The translations under genes and the position numbers were made by a program. Below, piece after piece: positions 30,879 through 40,588 of a DNA stretch of 64,000 nucleotides (the first letter of the stretch is position 1; every line of letters starts with the position of its first letter). The stretch comes from Clostridia bacterium. Lineage in GTDB: Bacteria > Bacillota > Clostridia > RGIG6154. Under the pieces are notes generated by a model. The model ran no database searches. It had not been told where the DNA came from and saw only the letters and a program-made list of their open reading frames with translations. The stretch lies in the NCBI GenBank assembly GCA_017626145.1, contig JAGAJK010000045.1, forward strand, positions 3,375 through 67,374. Reading direction: 5' to 3'.

Positions 30879-32258
30879 TTATATAAACAATGTGACAATT
30901 CCCGAAACAAATACTACAAGAATGATAACCGGTAGAATGTACTGCATATAAATCTTTAGAGCTTTCGGGAATTTTAAGCCTTTTGTTCCCGAGTTAACTT
31001 CGTCGTTGAAGTTTTTCCATCCCCAACCGAAACGATGTGAACAGAATAAAACGTAAACAAGAGAACCAACCGGCAGAAGAACGTTACTTACGATAAAATC
31101 TTCGATATCCATGATATTCTTAGGTCCGATTTTAACACCGGAAAGATACGAAAAACCTAAAATGCAGGGAAGAGATAAAACAAGCATTAAAACTACATTA
31201 ATGATTGCTACCTTTTTTCTGCCTAATTTGGTAAGCTCAAGCCAGAAGGACATAATGTTTTCGAATACCGCAATAACAGTTGAAACTGCTGCAAAAATCA
31301 TAAACAGGAAGAAAAGAGTCCCTATTATCTGACCACCCGGCATTTTATTGAAAATACTCGAAAGGGTGGTAAACAAAAATGAAGCACCAACCGTTCCTGC
31401 ATCTGCGGTAACACCATTGTTATATGTGAAGCAGGCAGGGAAAATAATAAGTCCCGACATTAAGGCGATAGTTGTATCAAGGCTTACGATTGTAATAGCT
31501 TCACCTAAAAGACGGCGTTCTTTTTTAATATAGCTTCCGAAAATCGCAATAGAACCGATACCTATACTTAAAGTAAAGAATGCCTGTCCCATAGCTGCAG
31601 AAATTACAGTCCATAAACCGTGTTCTTTTATTCCGTCCAAGGAAGGAACAAGATAGAATTTAAGACCCTCTGCTGCATTGTCAAGAGTAAGAGCGTAGAT
31701 TGCAATACCTGCCATAAGAGCAAACAGAATAATCATCATATATTTGGTGATTCTTTCAACACCCTTTTGAAGGCCAAGTGAACAAATGCCGAAGCAAACT
31801 AAAATAACACCGAAGGTTGCAGTAATAATTAAAGGTGAATTTGTTACCATACCTCCGAAAAAGGCACCGAGCTTTTCACCCGGTACAGCGGAAATGGAAC
31901 CGTTTAAATAACCGATAAAATAAAGAACCATCCAACCTGAAATTGTGGTATAAAACATCATTAAAAGATAGTTGCCTATGATGCCTATGTACTTCATAAA
32001 ATGCCATTTCTGACCTTTTCTTTCCAAAACATCAAAGCTTGAAGCTATACTTCGCTGACTTGCTCTGCCTACTGCAAGCTCTGCCGTCATACAAGGTATA
32101 CCAAGAAGAAGCAGAAATGCAATATAAATGAGTACAAATAAAGCACCGCCATAGCTGCCTGTTATAATCGGAAAGCGGTAAACATTTCCCAGACCTATGG
32201 CACAACCGGCTGAGATTAAAATAAATCCCAGTCTTGAACCGAATTTTTCTCTGTTCAT
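30879..32258 (-). CDS. sodium-dependent transporter (neurotransmitter:sodium symporter family)
   Basis: 459 aa, about 11-12 TM helices. N-terminal GCAIGLGNVYRFP signature. Confidence 0.88.
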   Translation of the reverse strand: MNREKFGSRLGFILISAGCAIGLGNVYRFPIITGSYGGALFVLIYIAFLLLLGIPCMTAELAVGRASQRSIASSFDVLERKGQKWHFMKYIGIIGNYLLMMFYTTISGWMVLYFIGYLNGSISAVPGEKLGAFFGGMVTNSPLIITATFGVILVCFGICSLGLQKGVERITKYMMIILFALMAGIAIYALTLDNAAEGLKFYLVPSLDGIKEHGLWTVISAAMGQAFFTLSIGIGSIAIFGSYIKKERRLLGEAITIVSLDTTIALMSGLIIFPACFTYNNGVTADAGTVGASFLFTTLSSIFNKMPGGQIIGTLFFLFMIFAAVSTVIAVFENIMSFWLELTKLGRKKVAIINVVLMLVLSLPCILGFSYLSGVKIGPKNIMDIEDFIVSNVLLPVGSLVYVLFCSHRFGWGWKNFNDEVNSGTKGLKFPKALKIYMQYILPVIILVVFVSGIVTLFI

Positions 32259-32331
32259 AATAATCTCCCTTTATCTATTTGTTATTTTAAATAATAACAT
32301 AAAAACAGAAAATTTACAAGAAAAATTTATC

Positions 32332-32360
32332 TTGACGGGTGATAACCAAAATGTTATAAT
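32332..32360 (+). promoter_or_regulatory. sigma-A type promoter upstream of the GH94-like gene
   Basis: TTGACG, a 17-nt spacer, then TATAAT, 27 nt before the start codon. Confidence 0.6.
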
Positions 32361-32387
32361 TAAAATCAGAGAAAAGGAGGGCATAAA

Positions 32388-34670
32388 ATGTACTCATTTA
32401 ATAATAACGAAAAGGAAATAACAATAAAAAAGTATAATACACCAACCCCGTGGATGAACTATCTTTCCAATGGAACATTTCACACTATGATGTCTCATGC
32501 AGGTGGTGGTGTTGCTTTTTATAAATCACCTCAGATATGGAGAATAAATCATTACAGATTCTTCCATCTTCCGACAGACAGAAGCGGTTTCTATACATAT
32601 ATAAAAGACGGTGAAAGCGTCTGGTGTCCAACAAACGAACCCACTCCTGATAAGCCGGAAAAATGGCAGTCAACTCATGGTATGGGTTATACGCGGTTTG
32701 AAGCAGAAAAGAATGGTATCAAGGCAATTGCCAAATATTTTGTAGGTGAATATGAAAACGCACTTATCTGGAACATTAAGCTTACATCGGATACCGACAA
32801 AGATATAACCTTATTCCCTTATGTAGAATTGGGTATGATGGAATTTATGCGTGAATTGCAGTGGCAGTGCTACAATAAGCATCAGCTTCGTTGTACAAAT
32901 AACGGGGATATTTTAATTTACGAATACGGCGTTGAGACTCAGCCAAAGCCTGACGAAACACCACTCGTGTATTTTGCTACAGATGCAAAAATCAATTCAT
33001 TCGACTGTGACAGAGATGAATTTGTAGGTTCATACCGCAGCGAAGAAAATCCAAAAAATGTTGAATCGGGAAAATGCACCAATTCAACCCTTTATGGCGG
33101 TGATCCTTGCTTTGCTTTCGAAATTCCTGTTTCCTTAAAAGCAGGAGAAGAGAAAGAAATCAATATTTTCCTGGGAACAGCTATGACTGTGGAAGAGGTT
33201 GAAAAAAGCGTAAGCCATTGTCGTGAAAATGACTTTGTTGAAAAATCTTTTGCAAAGTTAAAGGAACACTGGACTGATTATCTTGATAAATTCTCCTGCG
33301 AAATTCCCGATAAGGATGCACAGACAATGATTAATATCTGGAATCCGTATCAGGCTGAAAGAAACTTCCAGTTCTCAAGAAATATTTCATACTATGCAAC
33401 GGGAACATTCCGTGGCGTAGGTGTGCGTGATACCGCACAGGATATTTTATCTATGGTTCCCTTTGATTTAAGAAGAGCAAAGGATAAATTAAATCTTTTG
33501 TTCAGTCAGCAGTATAATGACGGTCATTGTAACCATTACTGTTTCCCTACAGAAGGATGGGAGCCTGTAACAAGAATTCATTCTGATAACCATTTATGGC
33601 TTATTATGACAACCTATAATATCGTTATGGAGGAAGGCAATCTTAATTACCTTGACGAGGTTGTTGAATTCTACGATGGCGGAAAAGCAACGGTGTGGGA
33701 ACACATTAATAAATCTGTTGATTTCACAATGGCAAATTTAGGTGCCCACGGCTTCCCGCTTATGCTTTCTTCCGACTGGAACGATATGCTCTTTAAGGTT
33801 TGCCGTGAGGGCAAAGGCGAAAGTATCTGGACATCAATGCAGTTCGGTACAGTTCTTCCTATGATTGCTCATATGGCAGAATTGAAGGGCGAAGACAGAA
33901 CAAAATTTGATGAAATCTACGAAGCACAGAAAAAGCTTGTTAACGAAGTTGCCTGGGATGGAAAGTGGTTCCGTCGCTGTATCACCGACGAGGGAAGATT
34001 TATCGGTTCTGAGAAAGAACCTCAGGCGAAAATCTGGCTTAATTCACAGAGCTGGTCTGTTATCAGTAATATGGGTGATAAGGAAAAACAGCTTTCTGCT
34101 ATGAATTGCGTTAAGGAAATGCTTGATACAGATTTAGGTGTTAAGAAAATTCACCCGTCAATGACAACTGATTATCCTACGAAGGACGGAAACCTTACAA
34201 TGTATAACAAGGGCTGTGGCGAGAACGGTTCAGTTTTCTGTCATGCAAACACTTGGGCAATTATTGCTGAATGTATGCTCGGCAGACCTGAAAATGCATA
34301 TAAATACTATCATCAGCTTCTGCCCATGATTGCACAAAGCAAAGCAGGAGAGTGGCGTTATAAAGCTGAACCTTACGTTTATGCTTCAAATATTTTTGGT
34401 CCGGAAAGTGATAAATTCGGTTTAGCTAACGTAAGCTGGCTTACAGGTACAGCGGCATGGATGTACGTTGCATCAACACAGTATATTTTAGGTGTAAAAG
34501 CAAGATGGGACGGTCTTGAAATTAATCCTTGCATGCCAAAAGAATGGGATAACGTAAAAATAAAGAGAGTTTTCAGAGGATGTACATATAACATAACAAT
34601 TAAAAACGGCGGTAAGAAAACTTTAATCCCTCATGTTGAAGGCAGAACAAGTTTTGATATAACAATATAA
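32388..34670 (+). CDS. GH94-like glycoside phosphorylase (cellobiose/chitobiose phosphorylase family)
   Basis: 760 aa. The N-terminus (TPTPWMNYLSNG...AGGGVAFYKSP...HYRF) parallels the cellobiose phosphorylase N-terminal domain. The central and C-terminal part looks like an alpha/alpha barrel. Confidence 0.65.
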   Translation: MYSFNNNEKEITIKKYNTPTPWMNYLSNGTFHTMMSHAGGGVAFYKSPQIWRINHYRFFHLPTDRSGFYTYIKDGESVWCPTNEPTPDKPEKWQSTHGMGYTRFEAEKNGIKAIAKYFVGEYENALIWNIKLTSDTDKDITLFPYVELGMMEFMRELQWQCYNKHQLRCTNNGDILIYEYGVETQPKPDETPLVYFATDAKINSFDCDRDEFVGSYRSEENPKNVESGKCTNSTLYGGDPCFAFEIPVSLKAGEEKEINIFLGTAMTVEEVEKSVSHCRENDFVEKSFAKLKEHWTDYLDKFSCEIPDKDAQTMINIWNPYQAERNFQFSRNISYYATGTFRGVGVRDTAQDILSMVPFDLRRAKDKLNLLFSQQYNDGHCNHYCFPTEGWEPVTRIHSDNHLWLIMTTYNIVMEEGNLNYLDEVVEFYDGGKATVWEHINKSVDFTMANLGAHGFPLMLSSDWNDMLFKVCREGKGESIWTSMQFGTVLPMIAHMAELKGEDRTKFDEIYEAQKKLVNEVAWDGKWFRRCITDEGRFIGSEKEPQAKIWLNSQSWSVISNMGDKEKQLSAMNCVKEMLDTDLGVKKIHPSMTTDYPTKDGNLTMYNKGCGENGSVFCHANTWAIIAECMLGRPENAYKYYHQLLPMIAQSKAGEWRYKAEPYVYASNIFGPESDKFGLANVSWLTGTAAWMYVASTQYILGVKARWDGLEINPCMPKEWDNVKIKRVFRGCTYNITIKNGGKKTLIPHVEGRTSFDITI

Positions 34671-34697
34671 TTTTTTAATAAGAAGAGGGAATTTGTT

Positions 34698-35426
34698 ATG
34701 TGTTTGGGTAAGAATTCTATTGAAAAATACGAAAAGTTTGCGTTTTTTATATCTGAAAATGCAGACCGATATAATGAATATGCAGATATTAATCCTGATA
34801 TGGGCGCGGATGAGGTTGTATGGCGTGTAAATAACAAACTGGATAAAGAAAGATATACATTTATCGAAGAAATTTTAAATGTCGATGATATATGTGTCTT
34901 AGTTAACAAATACTTTAAATTGCCTGATACTTTTGTACCCCATGAGCTTGTTGAATCTGACGGATTTCTGATGAGGAAAGAAGTAGCGGAAAGCTTTACT
35001 CTAATGCGTGATGAGGCGTTAAAGGAAGGTTATTGTCTTGAAATAGTCTCAGCGTATCGTTCAATACAAGAGCAAAAGCAGATATATGAAGAAAAACTTT
35101 TAAAGGATAAAGCGGAATTTATTGACGAATCCTGTGCCAGACCGGGACACAGTGAGCATCATACAGGTTTGGCTATAGATGTTGTATGGCCGGTTCCTGA
35201 AAATATGGAGCTTAGCCAAACACCTGAAACAGCCTGGGTAAGAGAAAACGGACCTCGCTTTGGTTTTATTGTTCGTTATTTGCCTGAAACAGTTGAAATA
35301 ACGGGTTATACATCGGAACCGTGGCATATGCGTTATATTGGTAAAGAAAAAGCTATTGATATGAAAGAAAAAAATATAAAAACTTTAGAAGAATATACAG
35401 AACGGTATCTTAAAAAACAAAAATAA
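34698..35426 (+). CDS. M15 family D-alanyl-D-alanine carboxypeptidase (VanY-like)
   Basis: SAYRS..EQ, SEHHTGLAIDV and EPWHMRYIG zinc-peptidase motifs. Confidence 0.85.
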   Translation: MCLGKNSIEKYEKFAFFISENADRYNEYADINPDMGADEVVWRVNNKLDKERYTFIEEILNVDDICVLVNKYFKLPDTFVPHELVESDGFLMRKEVAESFTLMRDEALKEGYCLEIVSAYRSIQEQKQIYEEKLLKDKAEFIDESCARPGHSEHHTGLAIDVVWPVPENMELSQTPETAWVRENGPRFGFIVRYLPETVEITGYTSEPWHMRYIGKEKAIDMKEKNIKTLEEYTERYLKKQK

Positions 35427-35438
35427 ATAACCTCAAAA

Positions 35439-35476
35439 ACAGATGGAGTGTAATTTTTTACATTCCATCTGTTTTA
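35439..35476 (+). terminator. intrinsic terminator after the VanY-like gene
   Basis: ACAGATGGAGTGT, an 8-nt loop, ACATTCCATCTGT, then TTTT (one G-U pair in the stem). Confidence 0.7.
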
Positions 35477-35502
35477 ATGCAGAAAAATAGACATTAAATT
35501 CC

Positions 35503-35531
35503 TTTACAAACACATAAAAATGTAGTATAAT
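35503..35531 (+). promoter_or_regulatory. sigma-A type promoter of the prfB operon
   Basis: TTTACA, a 17-nt spacer, then TATAAT. Two further TATAAT hexamers follow at 35532 and 35540. Confidence 0.55.
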
Positions 35532-35572
35532 TATAATGATATAATATTATTAAAAGTAAAGGTTGTGAGTAA

Positions 35573-36683
35573 ATGCTGGAATTTGATGAAATCAAGTTAA
35601 CACTTGAAGGCATGGAAAGCGGTATAAGCGAACTGAGGGATTCACTTTAGCATCGCTAAAACCGAAACAGAAATAGCAGAGCTTGAAGAAAAAACTACTG
35701 CGGCTGATTTTTGGGACGATATGGCGAACTCCCAGAAAGTACTGCAGAAAATTAAACAGCTTAAAGACAAGGTAGAAAAATATAAGAATCTTGAGCAAAC
35801 CCGTGAAGATTTGCTTGTTCTGGCTCAGATGGCAGACGAGGAAGAGGATTTGTCTGTACTTGATGAAATTAAGGACGGACTTAAAGAGCTTACTAAAAAT
35901 CTTGACGAAATGACTCTTGAAACACTTCTTTCAGGGGAATACGACAAGAACAATGCAATACTTACTCTTCATTCGGGAGCAGGTGGAACCGAGTCTCAGG
36001 ACTGGACTGAAATGCTTTACAGAATGTACACACGTTGGGCTGAAAAAAGAGGTTATACAGTAACAACTCTTGACTTTCTGGACGGCGATGAAGCAGGACT
36101 TAAAAGTGTTACCTTCCAGGTAAGCGGTGTTAACGCATACGGCTACGCAAAGGGTGAAAAGGGTGTTCACAGACTTGTAAGAATATCTCCTTTTGATGCG
36201 GCAGGCAGAAGACATACGTCATTTGCCAGCCTTGAAGTTATGCCTGAAATTGAGGACGACACAACTGTTGTAATCAATCCTGATGACTTAAGGGTAGATA
36301 CTTACCGTTCAAGCGGTGCAGGCGGTCAGCATGTTAATAAAACTGACTCTGCGATAAGAATCACTCATATTCCAACAGGTGTTGTTGTGTCTTGTCAGAA
36401 TGAACGTTCTCAGCATAAGAATCGTGAAACTGCAATGAAAATGCTTCGTGCTAAATTGGCAGAAATCTTAGAAAGAGAGCACAAAGAAAAGATTGACGAT
36501 ATTAAGGGTGAGGAAAAGGACATTGCCTGGGGCAGTCAGATTCGTTCTTACGTTTTCCATCCATATACAATGGTAAAAGACCACAGAACCAGCTTCGAAT
36601 CAGGTAATATCGGTTCTGTAATGGATGGCGAAATTGACGGATTTATTAATGCGTATCTAAAAATGAAAGCGACGGAAGAGTAA
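35573..36683 (+). CDS. prfB: peptide chain release factor 2, made by programmed +1 frameshift (join 35573..35647, 35649..36683)
   Basis: ORF0 is [25 protein letters not shown], ending at CTT TAG (35645-35650). The +1 frame continues [24 protein letters not shown] into the track ORF 35721..36683. SPF and GGQ motifs are present ([25 protein letters not shown]). Confidence 0.9.
35635..35651 (+). promoter_or_regulatory. prfB +1 recoding site (internal SD-like GAGGGA, slippery CTT T, stop TAG, 3' C)
   Basis: GAGGGATTCACTTTAGC read directly. Apart from the stop codon identity, it has the same architecture as the canonical AGGGGGnnnCUUUGAC site. Confidence 0.8.
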
Positions 36684-37756
36684 TGATAGAAAAACTTAAA
36701 GAGATTTATGACAGATTTGTTGAAGTTTCCGAAAAAATTGCATCACCTGAGCTTATAAGCAATCAGGATGAAATGACAAAGCTTTATAAGGAACATTCGG
36801 AGCTTACACCACTTGCGGATAAGTATCTTGAATATAAAAAGGCAGAGGAAACCGTAGAGGAAGCAACAATGATGCTTGAAGATGCTGATGACCCTGAGTT
36901 TAAGGAAATGCTTGAAGATGAATTAAGAGAAGCAAAAGAAAAGCTTCCTGTTATCTTAGATGAACTTAAAATAATGCTTCTTCCCAAGAATCCTGATGAT
37001 GATAAAAACGTTATTGTTGAAATCAGAGGCGGTGCAGGTGGAGATGAAGCGGCACTTTTCGGGGCTGATTTAATGAGAATGTATACCCGTTATGCAGAAA
37101 GAAATAACTGGAAAACGGAAATGCTTTCTTCTAATATTACCGATATGGGCGGTGTAAAGGAAGTATCCTTTTCATTGCAGGGAAAAAGTGCATATTCAAG
37201 ACTTAAATTTGAAAGCGGCGTTCACCGTGTTCAGAGAATACCAACCACCGAATCAGGTGGAAGAATTCATACATCAACGGTAACAGTTGCTGTTCTTCCC
37301 GAAGTTGAAGAGGTTGAAGTTGAGATAAACCCCAACGATTTAAGAATTGATGTTTTCCGTGCAGGCGGTCCGGGCGGTCAGTGCGTTAATACAACTGACT
37401 CTGCAGTAAGAGTAACACACCTGCCTACAGGTCTGGTTGTTTCCTGTCAGGATGAAAAATCTCAGCATAAGAACAAGGATAAGGCAATGAAAATCCTTCG
37501 TTCAAGACTTTTTGACCTGATGCAGGCTCAACAGCACGATGAGATTGCGAATCAGAGAAAGAATCAGGTAGGTACAGGCGACAGAAGTGAAAGAATAAGA
37601 ACCTATAACTTCCCACAGGGAAGAGTTACCGACCATAGAATAGGCTTGACACTTCATAAGCTTGATGCAGTTCTTGACGGAGATCTTGATGAAGTAATTG
37701 ATGCTCTGGTAACTGAAGATCAGGCTCAAAGACTTAAATCCCAGGAGGGAAAATAA
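36683..37756 (+). CDS. prfA: peptide chain release factor 1
   Basis: 357 aa. Has a PxT-type motif ([14 protein letters not shown]) and GGQ ([11 protein letters not shown]). The ATG overlaps the prfB TAA (TAATG). Confidence 0.95.
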   Translation: MIEKLKEIYDRFVEVSEKIASPELISNQDEMTKLYKEHSELTPLADKYLEYKKAEETVEEATMMLEDADDPEFKEMLEDELREAKEKLPVILDELKIMLLPKNPDDDKNVIVEIRGGAGGDEAALFGADLMRMYTRYAERNNWKTEMLSSNITDMGGVKEVSFSLQGKSAYSRLKFESGVHRVQRIPTTESGGRIHTSTVTVAVLPEVEEVEVEINPNDLRIDVFRAGGPGGQCVNTTDSAVRVTHLPTGLVVSCQDEKSQHKNKDKAMKILRSRLFDLMQAQQHDEIANQRKNQVGTGDRSERIRTYNFPQGRVTDHRIGLTLHKLDAVLDGDLDEVIDALVTEDQAQRLKSQEGK

Positions 37757-39154
37757 ATGAAACTTGATGCTAAAAAGCTTCCTGTAATTACAACATTGAT
37801 AATAACATTAGTGATGATAATTACTTTGTTCGTTGTCCGTGCAGGTGTTGCGGATAACGGCAATCTGAGATATGTGCTTGAAGATATTGGTATGTACGAT
37901 TATCAGAGTGCTTCAGGCTCAGGCTATTATGCCGATGGCTTCGGAGTCAGCTCAAAAACTCTGGGAACAGGAACAGGCGGTCTTGTTTACGGTATAATTA
38001 AGCTGGCATTTCCTGTTGACAGTGTTATGTTTGTCTGGATTCCTGCAATTGTTTATTTAGCTGTTTTTGTTGCCGGTATATATCTTTTTCTTAAGAGTAT
38101 GATTGGCGAGAATAAAACTGTTAATATATTGATGTGTATACTTGCGGCAATTATAGTAGCTGATGCAGGATATGTTGCATTCTTTAATACTCCATATACG
38201 GAAGGTGCATTTATAGCGTATCTCGTTCTGTTTTGCGGTTCATTTGCAGCCTGTGCAAAAACAGGTAAAGTAAGATACCTTATTCTTTCGGGTATAGCAG
38301 GAATATTATTCGGAGCAACTGGTATCTATGCCTCACTTACAGGTATACTGCTTGCATTTGTGCTTCTCGGATTTATGAAAACAGAGGATATTAAGAAAAG
38401 AGTTATAGCTGTTTTAATGGCTGTACTTGTTTTTGCGGCATCTGTTTATGGCTTTACTATTGATAAATCAGGCGATGGAATGAAGTATAACCGTATTTTT
38501 TACGGAGTACTTTCTGTTTCTGAAAATGCAGAGCAGTCACTTGGTGATATGGGCATTGATAAAGAGTTTGCGCAGTACGCAAATACAGCAAGCTTTGATG
38601 AAAAAGCGCAGAATTTTATAGCTTCTCAGGATTTTGCAAAGGTCAGAGATAAAGCGGATACTTTTTCTGTGTTAAAATATTATTTTACCCATACGGATGA
38701 TTTTTCAAAGGCTTTGAAAGCCTGTGTTAACAACAGCACAATGATTAAATCCTCATATCTTGGTGATTATCCTGCATCAAGCGGAAAAGCAAGTCAGCAG
38801 AGTAGCTTCTGGACTATTTACAGTACTTTAAAGGCGAAGCTGATGCCTGCATCGATGGTGTTTATTCTTGTTTTTGCATTAGCTGTTTTGGTTTTATCTC
38901 TTTCATACAAGGGTAAACACAAAGATAAGCAGGGAACCGCTCAGATGGTGTATTTGCTTATAGCACTTGCTTTGGGTGCAGTTCTTACATTGCCTTTAGC
39001 AGTTGTACAGAACGGTTTATCTCTTATTGATTTTAATATGCGTTCGTATAATTTCTTATTTGATTTATCACTCTTCGGCGGTGTAACCGGCGGCGTTAAT
39101 ATGATGCTCAGCCGACAGCAGGAGCTTCGTGATAAATACGGAGTAAATCAGTAA
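37757..39154 (+). CDS. polytopic membrane protein of unknown function
   Basis: 465 aa, roughly 9-11 hydrophobic helices plus a soluble segment of about 110 aa. The ATG directly abuts the prfA TAA. Confidence 0.6.
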   Translation: MKLDAKKLPVITTLIITLVMIITLFVVRAGVADNGNLRYVLEDIGMYDYQSASGSGYYADGFGVSSKTLGTGTGGLVYGIIKLAFPVDSVMFVWIPAIVYLAVFVAGIYLFLKSMIGENKTVNILMCILAAIIVADAGYVAFFNTPYTEGAFIAYLVLFCGSFAACAKTGKVRYLILSGIAGILFGATGIYASLTGILLAFVLLGFMKTEDIKKRVIAVLMAVLVFAASVYGFTIDKSGDGMKYNRIFYGVLSVSENAEQSLGDMGIDKEFAQYANTASFDEKAQNFIASQDFAKVRDKADTFSVLKYYFTHTDDFSKALKACVNNSTMIKSSYLGDYPASSGKASQQSSFWTIYSTLKAKLMPASMVFILVFALAVLVLSLSYKGKHKDKQGTAQMVYLLIALALGAVLTLPLAVVQNGLSLIDFNMRSYNFLFDLSLFGGVTGGVNMMLSRQQELRDKYGVNQ

Positions 39155-39786
39155 TGGCTATGAACGATTATAAACAAATGACAGACAACGACCTTGTTCT
39201 TCTTGCACAGGATGGAGATAATGGTGCAATGGAAGAGCTTATAGGAAAGTATAAGAATTTTGTGAAATCAAAATCAAGAACCTATTTTCTTATCGGAGCA
39301 GACCGTGATGATATAATTCAGGAGGGTATGCTCGGACTTTTTAAAGCAATCCGTGATTATAAGGCGGATAAGCAGGCGTCATTCCGTTCTTTTGCGGAGC
39401 TGTGTGTTACAAGACAGATGATAACTGCAGTAAAAACAGCTACAAGACAAAAGCACACTCCTCTTAACAATTACATTTCGCTGAACAAACCTGTTTATGA
39501 GGATGAGACGGAGCGGACTTTAATAGACCATCTTAGTATGCGTCATAATTCCGACCCTGAGGTAATACTTATCGACAATGAGAATTATACTGTTACCAAC
39601 GAAAAAATAAAAAGTATGTTAAGCCGTTTTGAATACGAGGTTCTGGAGAAATATATAAACGGTCAGTCTTACAATGAAATCGCCGTTATTATGGATAAGT
39701 CTCCTAAAAGTATTGATAATGCTTTGCAGAGAATAAAGAAAAAGGTTTTAAAGTGTCTTGAAGAAATGAAAGGAAAAGGCGTATGA
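39154..39786 (+). CDS. sigH: RNA polymerase sporulation/stationary-phase sigma factor SigH
   Basis: 210 aa. Near-collinear with Bacillus SigH as I remember it (YFLIGADRDDIIQEGMLGLFKAIRDYK...FAELCVTRQMITAVKTATRQKHTPLN...KSIDNALQRIKKK). Confidence 0.9.
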   Translation: MAMNDYKQMTDNDLVLLAQDGDNGAMEELIGKYKNFVKSKSRTYFLIGADRDDIIQEGMLGLFKAIRDYKADKQASFRSFAELCVTRQMITAVKTATRQKHTPLNNYISLNKPVYEDETERTLIDHLSMRHNSDPEVILIDNENYTVTNEKIKSMLSRFEYEVLEKYINGQSYNEIAVIMDKSPKSIDNALQRIKKKVLKCLEEMKGKGV

Positions 39787-40586
39787 ACACAGAAAAAAGC
39801 AGTTGTAGTTTACTAAGAAGCATTGAACAATGTGTAAAAGGCGTTATGGAGTCGTACGCATATAATGAAGTAATTCATACTTACGGAAATGATACTGACA
39901 ATGCAGTTTGCGATATTATATTATCCGAAATAACCGATGAAATTCTTCCGGTACGAATATACTCAAGTATGATAAATAATTCGGTTATGGTTTCTGCAAT
40001 TTGCGGCAGCGACAGTTCAAAGGCGGCAGCTGAACAGGTTGCACTTATGATAAATGCTGTGCTTGGAAACGGAATTGAAAAAATTTCCGTTAAGCTTGGA
40101 AATACAGAAAAATGGGATAATGTAAAAGAGCATCTGGATAGCTACGGATATACAAAATATCTTGACGGTGATGCAAAGCTCGGCTTTGACGGATTTATGG
40201 GTGTCTCGGAAAACGAAAAACTTATCTTTGAAGGCTTTGCTGTAGAATTATCGGGAAAGAAATGTCTCTACAGTAAAATCCATATGGATGTGCTGATGGA
40301 TTTACTTTCTCATAATGCACAGCCTGAAAGTAAGCTTCTTCCTGTTGCATTGGTTGCATCGGACGAATCATCTTTATCCTTTAGTGTAGCATTGGGGCTT
40401 CGCAGTCAGGGCTTGAAAATTGAAGAATATACAGGCACGGGAAGTATGATCGAAGCTGAAGAATATGCTGAGCTTAAAGGCATAACGATTCTTTTGTGGA
40501 TAAGCGGAAATACCGTTATGATGAAAAATTTAAAGAACGGTGAGAGAAGTGAAACCACAGTAGATAAATTATTACAGAATAAGTAA
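39783..40586 (+). CDS. truncated class II aaRS (HisRS/HisZ)-like protein with an anticodon-binding-like C-terminal domain
   Basis: 267 aa. The ATG overlaps the sigH TGA (ATGA). The C-terminal 100 aa (LPVALVASDE...ALGLRSQGLKIEEY...ILLWISGNTVMMKNLKNGERSETTVDKL) resembles the HGTP anticodon-binding fold. The catalytic core is largely absent. Confidence 0.45.
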   Translation: MNTEKSSCSLLRSIEQCVKGVMESYAYNEVIHTYGNDTDNAVCDIILSEITDEILPVRIYSSMINNSVMVSAICGSDSSKAAAEQVALMINAVLGNGIEKISVKLGNTEKWDNVKEHLDSYGYTKYLDGDAKLGFDGFMGVSENEKLIFEGFAVELSGKKCLYSKIHMDVLMDLLSHNAQPESKLLPVALVASDESSLSFSVALGLRSQGLKIEEYTGTGSMIEAEEYAELKGITILLWISGNTVMMKNLKNGERSETTVDKLLQNK

Positions 40587-40588
40587 TT

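Noticed and set aside
35721-36683. Reading prfB as a simple ORF starting at ATG 35721, as in the ORF track, with no frameshift
   Set aside because: It would delete the conserved N-terminal helix, including the FWDD motif that is encoded in-frame just upstream (35709-35720). A 25-codon ORF0 with a textbook SD-CTT-T-stop-C site sits exactly where RF2 recoding occurs.
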